58,363 nt of DNA from Pseudomonadota bacterium (GTDB lineage: Bacteria; Pseudomonadota; Gammaproteobacteria; Burkholderiales; Burkholderiaceae_C), in assembly GCA_046050625.1 (NCBI GenBank), contig JBJOPV010000001.1, positions 1 to 58,363 of the forward strand. The letters are read 5' to 3'. A program made the translations under genes and the position numbers. Below are positions 25,501-34,900 of the stretch, piece by piece. Positions within the stretch are counted from its first letter, which is position 1. Every line of letters begins with the position of its first letter. The notes under the pieces were generated by a model. The model was not told where the DNA came from and did no database searches. It saw nothing but the letters and a program-made list of their open reading frames with translations.

Positions 25501-25985
25501 GCGGTCTTGCGCAGCAGGCTCATCAGGTGCACGCCGCGCCATTCCTGGCTGAGGATCTGGAAGCTGCCCCGGAAGCCATACATCGAGGCCCAGCGCACCT
25601 TGTCGTCGAAGTACAGCGGGAAGGTCTCCTCGGTGATGATGTTGACGTGGGTCGGATCCCGGAAGGCCGGCCCGTGCGGGAAGGCCGGCGTGAAGGACAT
25701 GAACACGCCACCGGGCTTGAGCACCCGGTGGATCTCGTTCATCACCTCGACGAAGGCGTTGCGGCGCTGCGGCAGGTAGATCAGGCGCGGCACATGCTCG
25801 AGGAAGTCGTGCGCGGTCACATAGTCGAAGCTGTCATCGGGAAACGGAATCGGCTCGATGACCAGATCGGCCTTGACGATGTGCGCCTCGGCGTCGTCGC
25901 GCACGTCGATGCCGTAGACCTCCTGGGCGTTGAACGGATTCTTGGGCTGCAGGCCGCAGCCGAGGTCGAGGGACTTGGTCGTCAT
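25497..25985 (-). CDS. Class I SAM-dependent methyltransferase
   Basis: LDLGCG motif I, IPFPDDSFDYV..DFLEHV, EIHRVLKPGG, DPTHV. Confidence 0.9.
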   Translation of the reverse strand: MTTKSLDLGCGLQPKNPFNAQEVYGIDVRDDAEAHIVKADLVIEPIPFPDDSFDYVTAHDFLEHVPRLIYLPQRRNAFVEVMNEIHRVLKPGGVFMSFTPAFPHGPAFRDPTHVNIITEETFPLYFDDKVRWASMYGFRGSFQILSQEWRGVHLMSLLRKTA

Positions 25986-26028
25986 CTGGTGTCGTCCTGT
26001 TCCGTGAAGAAGGAGCGGGGGGAGGCGC

Positions 26029-26841
26029 TCAGGCGGGCGTGGCCGGCGCGGTGGAATCGGCCAGCGGGCCGGGTTCGGTGAGACGGGCCGGCACGGTGGT
26101 GGCCTGCAGCGGCGGCGGCATGCGGAAGAAGCGCGCCCAGAAGTTCGGGCTGTACTTCCACCAGGCGTGGCCGCCCATCGGCGGGCGGCAGTCGATCGCG
26201 TGGTAGTGCTCGGGCTGCAGCTCCCAGGAGAAGCGTGCGGCCTCGCGCTCGTTGGGCAGCACGAAGTCGGCCGACAGCAGGCCCATGATCGCGAAGTACA
26301 GGTCCTCGCTCGAGCCGGTCCGGCGGAACATCTCCAGCGCCTGCGGGAACTCGCGCAGCAGCGCCTGGCACTTGCGGATGCGTCGCAGGCTCAGGCCGCC
26401 GTTGCCCACCAGCGCGCGCACCGTCTTGGCATGCGGCCCGCAGAACGGGTCCAGATCGACCTTGACCGTCACGCCCTGCGGCCACGGCGCGCCGATGTAG
26501 TCGTAGGGACGGCTCATCCAGTGGTCGAGGTCGTCGCGCAGCAGGATGGCGTCGGTCTGCAGCACCAGCATGAACTCGTGCGCCGCGTAGCGCTCGTAGA
26601 AGGCCGGCGACAGCATCAGCTGGTTGTAGCCGGCGATCGACGCGAAGTAGGCCGGATCGAAGGCCTCGAACGGAATGCCCGGATAGCGCAGCTGGTAGTA
26701 GCCGTAGTCCAGGCCGCGCGGACCGATGAAGCGCACGTCGCGCCCGGCCAGCAGCGGCAGCGAATGGTCGAGCGAGAACTGCTCCAGCACCGACAGCAGG
26801 GGCTGGTAGATCGGGATCAGGATGATCGTCGAGGGGGTCAT
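26029..26841 (-). CDS. DUF5672 family protein (glycosyltransferase-like)
   Basis: IPIY, YNQLMLS..FYERY, LQTDA, YDYIGAPW, VGNGGLSLRR, EDLYF, GGHAWWKY. Confidence 0.8.
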   Translation of the reverse strand: MTPSTIILIPIYQPLLSVLEQFSLDHSLPLLAGRDVRFIGPRGLDYGYYQLRYPGIPFEAFDPAYFASIAGYNQLMLSPAFYERYAAHEFMLVLQTDAILLRDDLDHWMSRPYDYIGAPWPQGVTVKVDLDPFCGPHAKTVRALVGNGGLSLRRIRKCQALLREFPQALEMFRRTGSSEDLYFAIMGLLSADFVLPNEREAARFSWELQPEHYHAIDCRPPMGGHAWWKYSPNFWARFFRMPPPLQATTVPARLTEPGPLADSTAPATPA

Positions 26842-26882
26842 GGCAGGCCTCGGCAGGCGCGGGGTCAGAGGATGCGGGGGCG

Positions 26883-28829
26883 TCAGGGCATGGCGCACAG
26901 CGCGTCGCGGGCATCGCCCAGGCGGCTCTGGCGCCACATCGCGATGCAGGCCGCCTCGACATCGCGGGTGAAGCCGGCCGTGTCGAACAGGGCCGAGTGC
27001 ACGCGCTGCGCCTGCAGCTTCGCCCGCAGCGCCGCGCGCCGCGCCGGATCGCGCGCCAGCGCCAGCGCCAGCGCCTCGTAGTCGGCGTGGCTGGCGGTGA
27101 CCAGCTCCGGCAAGCCGGCGGCCTGCAGCAGGCTGCCCGCCACCCGCGACGGAAAGGCCTGGCCGGAGCAGGTCAGCACCGGCAGGCCCGCCAGCAGTGC
27201 GTCCGCCGCGGTGGTGTGGGCGTTGTAGGGATGGGTGTCGAGGAAGAGATCGGCGACGCGGTAGCGCGCCAGGTGGTCCTCGACCCGCGGCACGCGCTGG
27301 GCAAACACCAGCCGCGCCGGATCGATGCGGGCGGCCTGCGCGGCCGCGCGCAGGTTCTTCTGCGACAGCGCGCTGCGCGACATCAGCCACAGCACGCTGC
27401 CGGGCACCGCCGCCAGCAGCCGCATCCAGATCGCGAAGACGCCGGGCAGGATCTTGTAGTCGTGGTTGAAGGAGCAGAAGACCACGCCGTCCTCGGGCAG
27501 GCCGCACTCGGCCCGCGTGGGTGTGCGCTCGGCGATCTGCAGGCCGGCGGCCGGCGGCAGGTAGGCGTCGGGCAGGTAGATCACCCGCTCGTCGTAGAAG
27601 CGCTGCTGATCGGGCGGGATCACATGGCGGTCGGCCAGGATGTAGTCCATGTAGCCATTGCCCAGCGTGCCGGGATAGCCCAGGTAGTTGACCTGCACCG
27701 GCGCGGGCCGGTGGCTGAAGATGTCGCTGCGCGAGTCGGCGGTGTAGCCGGCCAGGTCGATGGCGATGTCGACCTCCATCGCGCGCAGCTGCCGGGCGAT
27801 GTCGATCGAACTCATGCGGCGCGCGTCGATGAAATGGTCGAAGGCGGCCAGCATGCGCGTGCGCAGCCGGCTGCCGTCATCCGGCCCGAGCGAGACCGCG
27901 ATGGTCTCGAAGCGGCGGCGGTCGTGGTGCTCGAAGATGCCCGCCATCAGATGGCCGACCGGATGCTCGCGCAGGTCGGGCGACACATAGGCCAGACGGA
28001 TGCGGTCGTGGCGGTAGCGCTCGCCGTTCCACAGCCGGGTGGTCGAGGGTGGATAGCGGTGGGCGGAGAAGGTGCGCGCACAGCGCTGGTGGTCTTCGGC
28101 AGAGTCCGACAGGCCCATGAAGGCCAGCGACTTGCACGCGCGCCGGCCGGCGCGCACGCCCTCGATGACCTGCTGGGAGAGCACGTCGAAGCCGCTCCAG
28201 TCACAGGCATGGAGCTGTTCGTAGACCAGCATGCCCGCGCCATAGTCGTAGGCCGGATTGATCGTCTGCAGCTGGCGCAGCATCGCCACCGCCTCTTCGG
28301 TGCGGCGGAACTCGGTCAGCAGCGTGGCGCAGTTGGCCAGCGCGGTCTCGTTGGCCGGCTGCAGCGCCAGCACCTGCTGGAAGCGCTCGAGCGCGGCGGC
28401 ATGCTGCAGCAGCTCGCGCAGCAGCACGCCGCTGTTGATCAGCGCCTCGGTGTAGTCGGGCTTGAGGTCGATCGCGCGCTGGTAGCTCGTCAGCGCCTCG
28501 TCGCGACGGCCCGTGCCTTGCAGCGCGGTCGCATGCGCGAACCACAGTGGCGCGAAGCCGGGCACGTCGCGCACGCCGCGCTCGAGCAGCGCCAGCGCCT
28601 CGGCCGCGTCGGCACGGCGCAGCAGGATGACCGCCAGCGAGTACAGCGCGACCGGATCGGCCGGCCAGTGCCCAAGATAGAAGCGGAAGAGCTGCTCGGC
28701 CAGCTCGACGCGCCCTTGGTTCTGGTGGTCGAGGGCCTGGATCAGCAGCGCACGATCGGGGACCAGCGGTGCGGCCGCTGCAGCAGCCGGGGCGGCCGAG
28801 ATCTGGGGGGGCGAGGCGGTGAGGACCAT
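26883..28829 (-). CDS. TPR-containing O-GlcNAc transferase-like protein (GT41/SPINDLY family)
   Basis: N-terminal TPRs, then RLAYVSPDLREHPVG, DIAIDLAGYT, RPAPVQVNYLGYPGT, FNHDYKI, DLFLDTHPYNAHTTAADAL, SRVAGSLL. Confidence 0.92.
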   Translation of the reverse strand: MVLTASPPQISAAPAAAAAAPLVPDRALLIQALDHQNQGRVELAEQLFRFYLGHWPADPVALYSLAVILLRRADAAEALALLERGVRDVPGFAPLWFAHATALQGTGRRDEALTSYQRAIDLKPDYTEALINSGVLLRELLQHAAALERFQQVLALQPANETALANCATLLTEFRRTEEAVAMLRQLQTINPAYDYGAGMLVYEQLHACDWSGFDVLSQQVIEGVRAGRRACKSLAFMGLSDSAEDHQRCARTFSAHRYPPSTTRLWNGERYRHDRIRLAYVSPDLREHPVGHLMAGIFEHHDRRRFETIAVSLGPDDGSRLRTRMLAAFDHFIDARRMSSIDIARQLRAMEVDIAIDLAGYTADSRSDIFSHRPAPVQVNYLGYPGTLGNGYMDYILADRHVIPPDQQRFYDERVIYLPDAYLPPAAGLQIAERTPTRAECGLPEDGVVFCSFNHDYKILPGVFAIWMRLLAAVPGSVLWLMSRSALSQKNLRAAAQAARIDPARLVFAQRVPRVEDHLARYRVADLFLDTHPYNAHTTAADALLAGLPVLTCSGQAFPSRVAGSLLQAAGLPELVTASHADYEALALALARDPARRAALRAKLQAQRVHSALFDTAGFTRDVEAACIAMWRQSRLGDARDALCAMP

Positions 28830-28905
28830 GGTGCGCCATGGTTGCAGCGATGCCCTGCACGAACTCGCAGAAAGCGCAAGGCAAGCCCGGCGCATTTCGG
28901 CAGTT

Positions 28906-28945
28906 CGGGACGGGGCCGTCCCCCCCCCCGTCCCGTCCCGTCCCG
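28906..28945 (-). terminator. GC hairpin with a C10 tract and (GTCCC)3, between the giant gene and the GT41 gene
   Basis: CGGGACGGGG...CCCCGTCCCG inverted repeat just downstream of the giant gene stop. No U tract, so terminator function is uncertain. Confidence 0.4.
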
Positions 28946-28956
28946 GTTTCAGGACT

Positions 28957-31900
28957 TCAGAGCAGCGGCTGCTGGCGCAGCAGCTCGTCCAACGCCGGAG
29001 TGGCGCTCGGCGCGATCACCGAGGCGACCACCGCCGCGCTCGCTTGCGGTGCGGCGGCCTCCGTCTCGGTCACGCCGGCCAGCGCAGCTGGCGCCTCGAC
29101 CAGCAGCTCGCCCAGTGCCGGGACGGGAACCGCCTCGCCGCGGGCGAACCAGACATCGGCCATCGCATGCACGCTGCCATCGCTGCGGGTGTAGCCCGAG
29201 ACCAGACCCAGCAGGTTGCCCTGATCGGTCGCGCTGCCAGCCTGCGCATTCAGATCGAGCGAAACGATGCCCAGATCGGCCAGACCATGCAGCTCGGCTG
29301 CCGAGGACAGCCCATCGGCATCTGCGTCGACCCAGACCCTGAGCTCGCCGAAGGCGGCATCCTTCGCGTCGAGCCGGCCGTCGCCATTGCTGTCGAGCGC
29401 CTGCATCGCGACATAGCCGTTGCCGGCGAGATGCCCCCCGTCGATCCGGGTCGCCACGCCGAAGAGCTCTCGCCCGTCGTCGATGTGGCCGTTGCCGTTC
29501 AGGTCTCGCACCAGCAGGCCGTCGCTGGCGGAAACCCAGCCGGTGGCATGGGCATGGCCGCTGGCCAGCAGGTCGAAGCGCACCCCGGCCGAGGCCGAGA
29601 GCGTGCGCACCCCGTCGCCGTTGAGATCCAGCACGATCGGCGACAGCGCGGTCAACGCGCTGCGCTGGGCCTCGCTCATCGCATCGATGTCGGTCTGCTC
29701 GAAGGCCGCGGCCTGGGTCATCGACATCGCGGCGATGTCACGCGTCTCCAGCACCACCACCTGCTCGGTGGTCAGCGCGACGATCTGGGCGGTCGTCAGC
29801 GCAGCGGCCTGCAGCGTGGTCATCGCGACGATGTCGACCGTCTGCAGCGCCTGGAGCTGATCGGTGGTCAGCGCGGCGAACTGGCTGCTCGACAGCGAGG
29901 CAATCTGCGTGCTGCTCATCGCCACCAGATCGCCCGTCTCCAGCGCGACGATCTGGCGGGTGCTGAAGGCCGTCAGCTGCGTCGTGGTCAGCGCCGCCAC
30001 CTGCGTGCCCGTCAGCGCCGCGATGTCGTCGGTGCCAAGCGCAGCGATCTGGCGGGTCGACAGCGCGATGATCTGAGCGGTCCCCAGGGCACCGATCTGG
30101 TCGGCGCCGAAGGCGGCAAGATCGCTGGTCTCGAGCGCACCGATCTGCACGGTGGTCAAGGCGCCGATCTGCACGGTGGTCAGCGCACCGAACTGTGCCG
30201 AGCTCATCGCCACGATCTGCGCAGTCGACAGCGCCCGCAGCGCCGCCGAGCCCAGGCCGGCGATGTCCGCCGTCTCGATCGCAGCGATCTGCGCGGTGCT
30301 CAGCGCAGCGACCTGCGCGCTGCCCAGCGCAGCGATCTGATTGCTGTCGAATGCGGCGATGTCGCGGCTCTCCATCGCCACCAGCTGGCTGGTGCGCAGC
30401 GCAGCGACCTGCAGGGTCGTCAGCGCCGCCACCTGATGCGTGCCCAGCGCCACCAGATCGCCCGTCTCGAGCGCAGCCACCTGCGTGGTGGTCAGTGCAT
30501 GGATTTGGTCGGTGGTCAGCGCAGCAGCCTGGAAGACCGTCAAGCCGATGATCTGGGCCGTGGTCAGCGCCCGCACCGCCGTGGTCGACAGCGCGACCAG
30601 ATCACGGGTTTCCAGCGCCGCGAACTGCAGCGTGTTCAGCGCCGCGATCTGCGGGCCGCTCAGCGCCGCCACCTGGCTGCTCGACAGCGCAGCGATGTCA
30701 CTCGTCTCGAAGGCGGCGAACTGGCGGCTGGTCAGCGCGGCGATCTGCTCGGCACTCAGCGCAGCGATCTGCACGGTGTTCAGCGCGACGATGTCGGCCG
30801 TCTCCAGCGTGGCGATCTGGCGGGTTCCGAAGGCCGCGAGCTGGGCCGAGCTCAGCGCGGCGACCTGCGCGGTCGACAGCGCGAGCACCTGCTGGGTGGA
30901 CAACGCCGCAGCGCCGTCCGTGCCCAGCGCGACGATGTCGCGCACCTCGAGCGCGGCGATCTGCGTGCTGGTCAGCGCGGCGATCTGCGCGGTGTCCAGC
31001 GCCGCGACCTGGGCGCTGGACAGCGCCACGATGTCATCGGTCTGCAGCGCAGCCACCTGACGGGTATGGAGCACCGCCATCTGCGCGGTCGTCAGCGCGG
31101 ACACCTGCTGCGTGCTGAAGGCGACGAGGTCGGCCGTCTCCAGCGCGGCGACCTGGGCCGTCGTCAGTGCGGCGACCTGGCCGGTGGACAGGACCGCCAG
31201 ATGCGCCGAGCTGAGCGCGACGATCTGGGCCGTGGTCAGCGTGCGCAACGCGTTCGTGTTCAGCGCGCTCAGGTCATGCGTTTCCAGCGCAGCGACCTGG
31301 CTGCTCGAGAGCGCGGGCAGCAGTCCGGCGTTGCCGAGCGCGGCGATGTCGGTGCTCTCCAGCGCACGGATCTGGCTGGTGCTCAGCGCCGCGACCTGGG
31401 TGCTGGTGAGCTGGCCGATCTGGGCTGTGCCCAGCGCGACGATCTGGCTGGTGGAGAAGGCCCGGACCGCAGCGGTCGACAGCGCGGCGATGTCGCGCGT
31501 CTCCAGCGCGGCCACCTGAGCACCGGTCAGCGCGGCGACCTGGGTGGTGCGCAGCACTGCGACCTGCTCGCTGGTCAGCGCGGCGATGTCGCGGGTCTCC
31601 ATCGCAGCGATCTGGCGGGTGGTCAGCGCACTGATCTGCACCGTCGACAGTGCGGCGATCTGGTTGGACGACAGCGCAGCGATGTCGGCGGTGTTCAGCG
31701 CCGCCATCTGCGCGGTGCTCAGCGCGTTGAGCTGGCTGGTGGTCAGCGCACCCGCCTGCAGCGTGGTCAGCGCGCCGATCTGCAGCGTGGTGAAGGCCCG
31801 CACTGCGCTGGTGCTCAGGGCCGCGAGGTCACGCGTTTCCAGCGCCTGCAGCTGCAGGGTGTTCAGCGCGGCCAGCTGCAGCGTGCTCATCGCGCCGAAC

Positions 31901-34900
31901 TGCACGCTGGTCATTGCAGCGATGTCGGCGGTTTCCAGGGCGCCGATCTGGCGTGTGGTCAGTGCCGCGACCTGGGTGCTGGTCAGCGCGGCGATCTGGG
32001 TGGTGCCCAGCGCCACCAGGTCGACGGTCTCCAGCGCGGCCACCTGCAGGCTGGTCATCGCGGCGACCTGCACGCTGTTGAGCGCCGCCACCTGGGCGGA
32101 GGTCAGCGCCACCACCTGCGCGGTGCTCAGCGCACCGATCACCCGCGAGCTCAGCGCAACCATGTCACGCGTCTCCAGCGCCTGGATCTGGCTGGTGCTG
32201 AGCGCGGCGAGCTGGTGAGTGCCCAGTGCACCGATCTGGTGGGTGCCCAGCGCGGAGATGTCCTCCGCCTGGAGCGAGCCGATCTGGCGGGTGGTCAGCG
32301 CCGCGACCTGGGCACTGGTCAGTGCCGCGGTCTGCAAGGTGCTCAGCGCGACCAGATCCGACGTCTCCAGCGCCGCGATCTGATCCGTCGACAGCCCGGC
32401 CACCTGGGCAGAGGCCAAGGCCGCCACCTGCACCGAGCTGAGCGCGACGATCTGCGCAGTCGTCAGCGTGCGCACGAAGCCGGTGCTCAGCGCGGCCAGA
32501 TCCCGGCTCTCGATCGCAGCCACCTGGCTGGTGGTCAGCATGCCGATCTGGGTGCTGTTCAGCGCCGCCAGCTGCGCGCTCGACATCGCAGCGATGTCGA
32601 CGGTCTGCAGCACCGCGACCTGAGCCGTCGTCAGTGCGGCCACCTGGCTGGTGGTCAGCGCGGCGACCTGGGTCGAGCTCAGGCCGATCACGTCGGCGCT
32701 TTCCAGCGCAGCGATCTGGCGGGTGGTCAGCGCGGCGATCTGCGCGGTGTCCAGCGCGGCGATCTGCGCACTGCCGAGAGCGACAATCTGACTGGTCGAC
32801 AGCGAGCGCAGCTGGGTGCTGCTCAGGGCCCCCAGATCACGGGTCTCCAGTGCCATCAGCTGGACGCTCGACAGCGCACCGAGCTGGGCCGTGGTCAGCG
32901 CACCGAGCTGAGTGCTCGACAGCCCCGCCAGGTCGACGGTCTGCAGCGCACCGACCTGAACGGTCGTCAGCGCGACCAGCTGGGCAGTGCTCATCGCAGC
33001 GATCTGGGCGCTGCTCATCGCCACCAGATCAGCCGTCTCGATCGCGGCGATCTGGCGGGTGGTCAGCGCCGCGACCTGGGTGCTGGTCAGCGCGGCCGCC
33101 TGGGCCGTGCCGAGTGCGGCGATCTGGGTGGTCAGCAGCGAGCGCAGCGCGTCGGTCGACAGCGCGACCAGGTCGCGGGTCTCGATCGAGGCGATCTGCG
33201 CCGAGCTCAGCGTCACCAGCTGGGCCGTGCCCAGGGCGGCCAACTGGGTGCTGGACAGCGCCGCGATGTCGGCGGTCTCCAGCGCGGCGATCTGGCGGGT
33301 GGTCAGCGCAGCCGCCTGAGCCGTGGTCAGCGCAGCGATCTGGCCGGTGCCCAGCGCGACGATGTCGGTGGTCTCCAGCGTGCGCAGCTGGCTGCTGCCC
33401 AGCGCAGCGATCTGGCCGGTGGTCAGGGCGGCCACCTGAGCGGTGTTCAGTGCCAGGATCTGTGCAGTCGTCAGCGCGTGCAGCGAAGCGGTGTTCAGCG
33501 CGGCGAGGTCGCGCGTCTCCAGCGCACCCATCTGCGACGAGGTCAGTGCAGCCAGCTGCACCGTGCCCAGCGCGTTGAGCTGGGCGCTGCTGAGCGCGGC
33601 GATATCGGCAGTCTCGATCGCCGCGACCTGCCGGCTGTTGAGCGCAGCGATCTGCGCGGTGGTCAGCGCAGCGACCTGCAGGCTCGAGAAAGCCGCCAGA
33701 TCGGTGGTCTCCAACGCGGCGATCTGTGCGGTGGTCAGTGCGGCCACCTGCGCGCTGCTCAGCGCAGCGGTCTGCGCGGTGTTCAGCGCCACGATCTGCT
33801 GGGTCGACAGGCTGCGCAGCGCCCCCGTGCCCAGCGCGGCCAGATCACGCGACTCGATCGCCAGCACCTGCGCAGTGTTCAGCGCGGCGAACTGCGCGGT
33901 GCTCATCGCATTGATCTGGGCACTGCCCAGCGCAGCGATGTCGACAGTCTGCAGCGCACTGACCTGCACGGTCGTCAACGCAGCGACCTGCGCAGTCGTC
34001 AGCGCGGCAATCTGGTTCGAGCTCAGGGCGATGATGTCGGCGCTCTCGAGCGCCTGGATCTGGCCGGTCGTCAACGCGGTGAGCTGGACGGTGTTCAGGG
34101 CCGCGACCTGCGCGCTGGAGAAGGCCTGCATCTGCGCGGTCGACAGCACGCGGAGCTGCGCGGTGGACAGCGCGGCGACATCGCGCGACTCGATCGCCAG
34201 CACCTGGGCATTGCCGAGCGCGGCGACCTGCGCGGTCGTCAGCGCACCGATCTGCAGGCTGGAGAAGGCAGCGATGTCGGCGGTCTCCAGCGCACTGATC
34301 AGCCGCGAGCCCAGCGCGACGACCTGTGCGGAGGAAAAGGCGGAGACCTGCGCGGTGTTCATCGCGATCAGATCGGTCGACTCGAGCGCGGCGACCTGCA
34401 CGGTCGACAGTGCCTGAATCTGCAACGTGCCCAAGGCCAGGGTCTGCGCGGTGGTCAGCGCGGCCACCTGCGCCGTGGTCAGCGCCCGCACGCCGGCGGT
34501 ACCCAGCGCGGCCAGATCACGGGTCTCGATGGCACCGATCTGGGCCACCGACAGCGCGGCGACCTGCACGGTCGACAGCGCCTGGATCTGCGTGCTGCCC
34601 AGCGCCACGATGTCGGAGGTGTCAAGCGCTCCGAGCTGGCGGGTGGTCAGCGCCGCGACCTGGATGCTGCGCAGCGCACCGACCTGGGTGCTGGAGAGCG
34701 CCTCGATCTGCGCCGTGCTCATCGCGCGCAGATCGGCGGTGTCGATGGCGGCCACCTGGGTCGAGGTCAGCGCGGCGATCTGCTCGGTGGCCATCGCGGC
34801 CACCTGGATGCTGGTCAGCGCGGCGATCTGGCCGGTCGACAGCGCGCGCACGGCCGCGGTCGACAGCGCGCCGATGTCGCGGCTCTCGATCGCGGCGATC

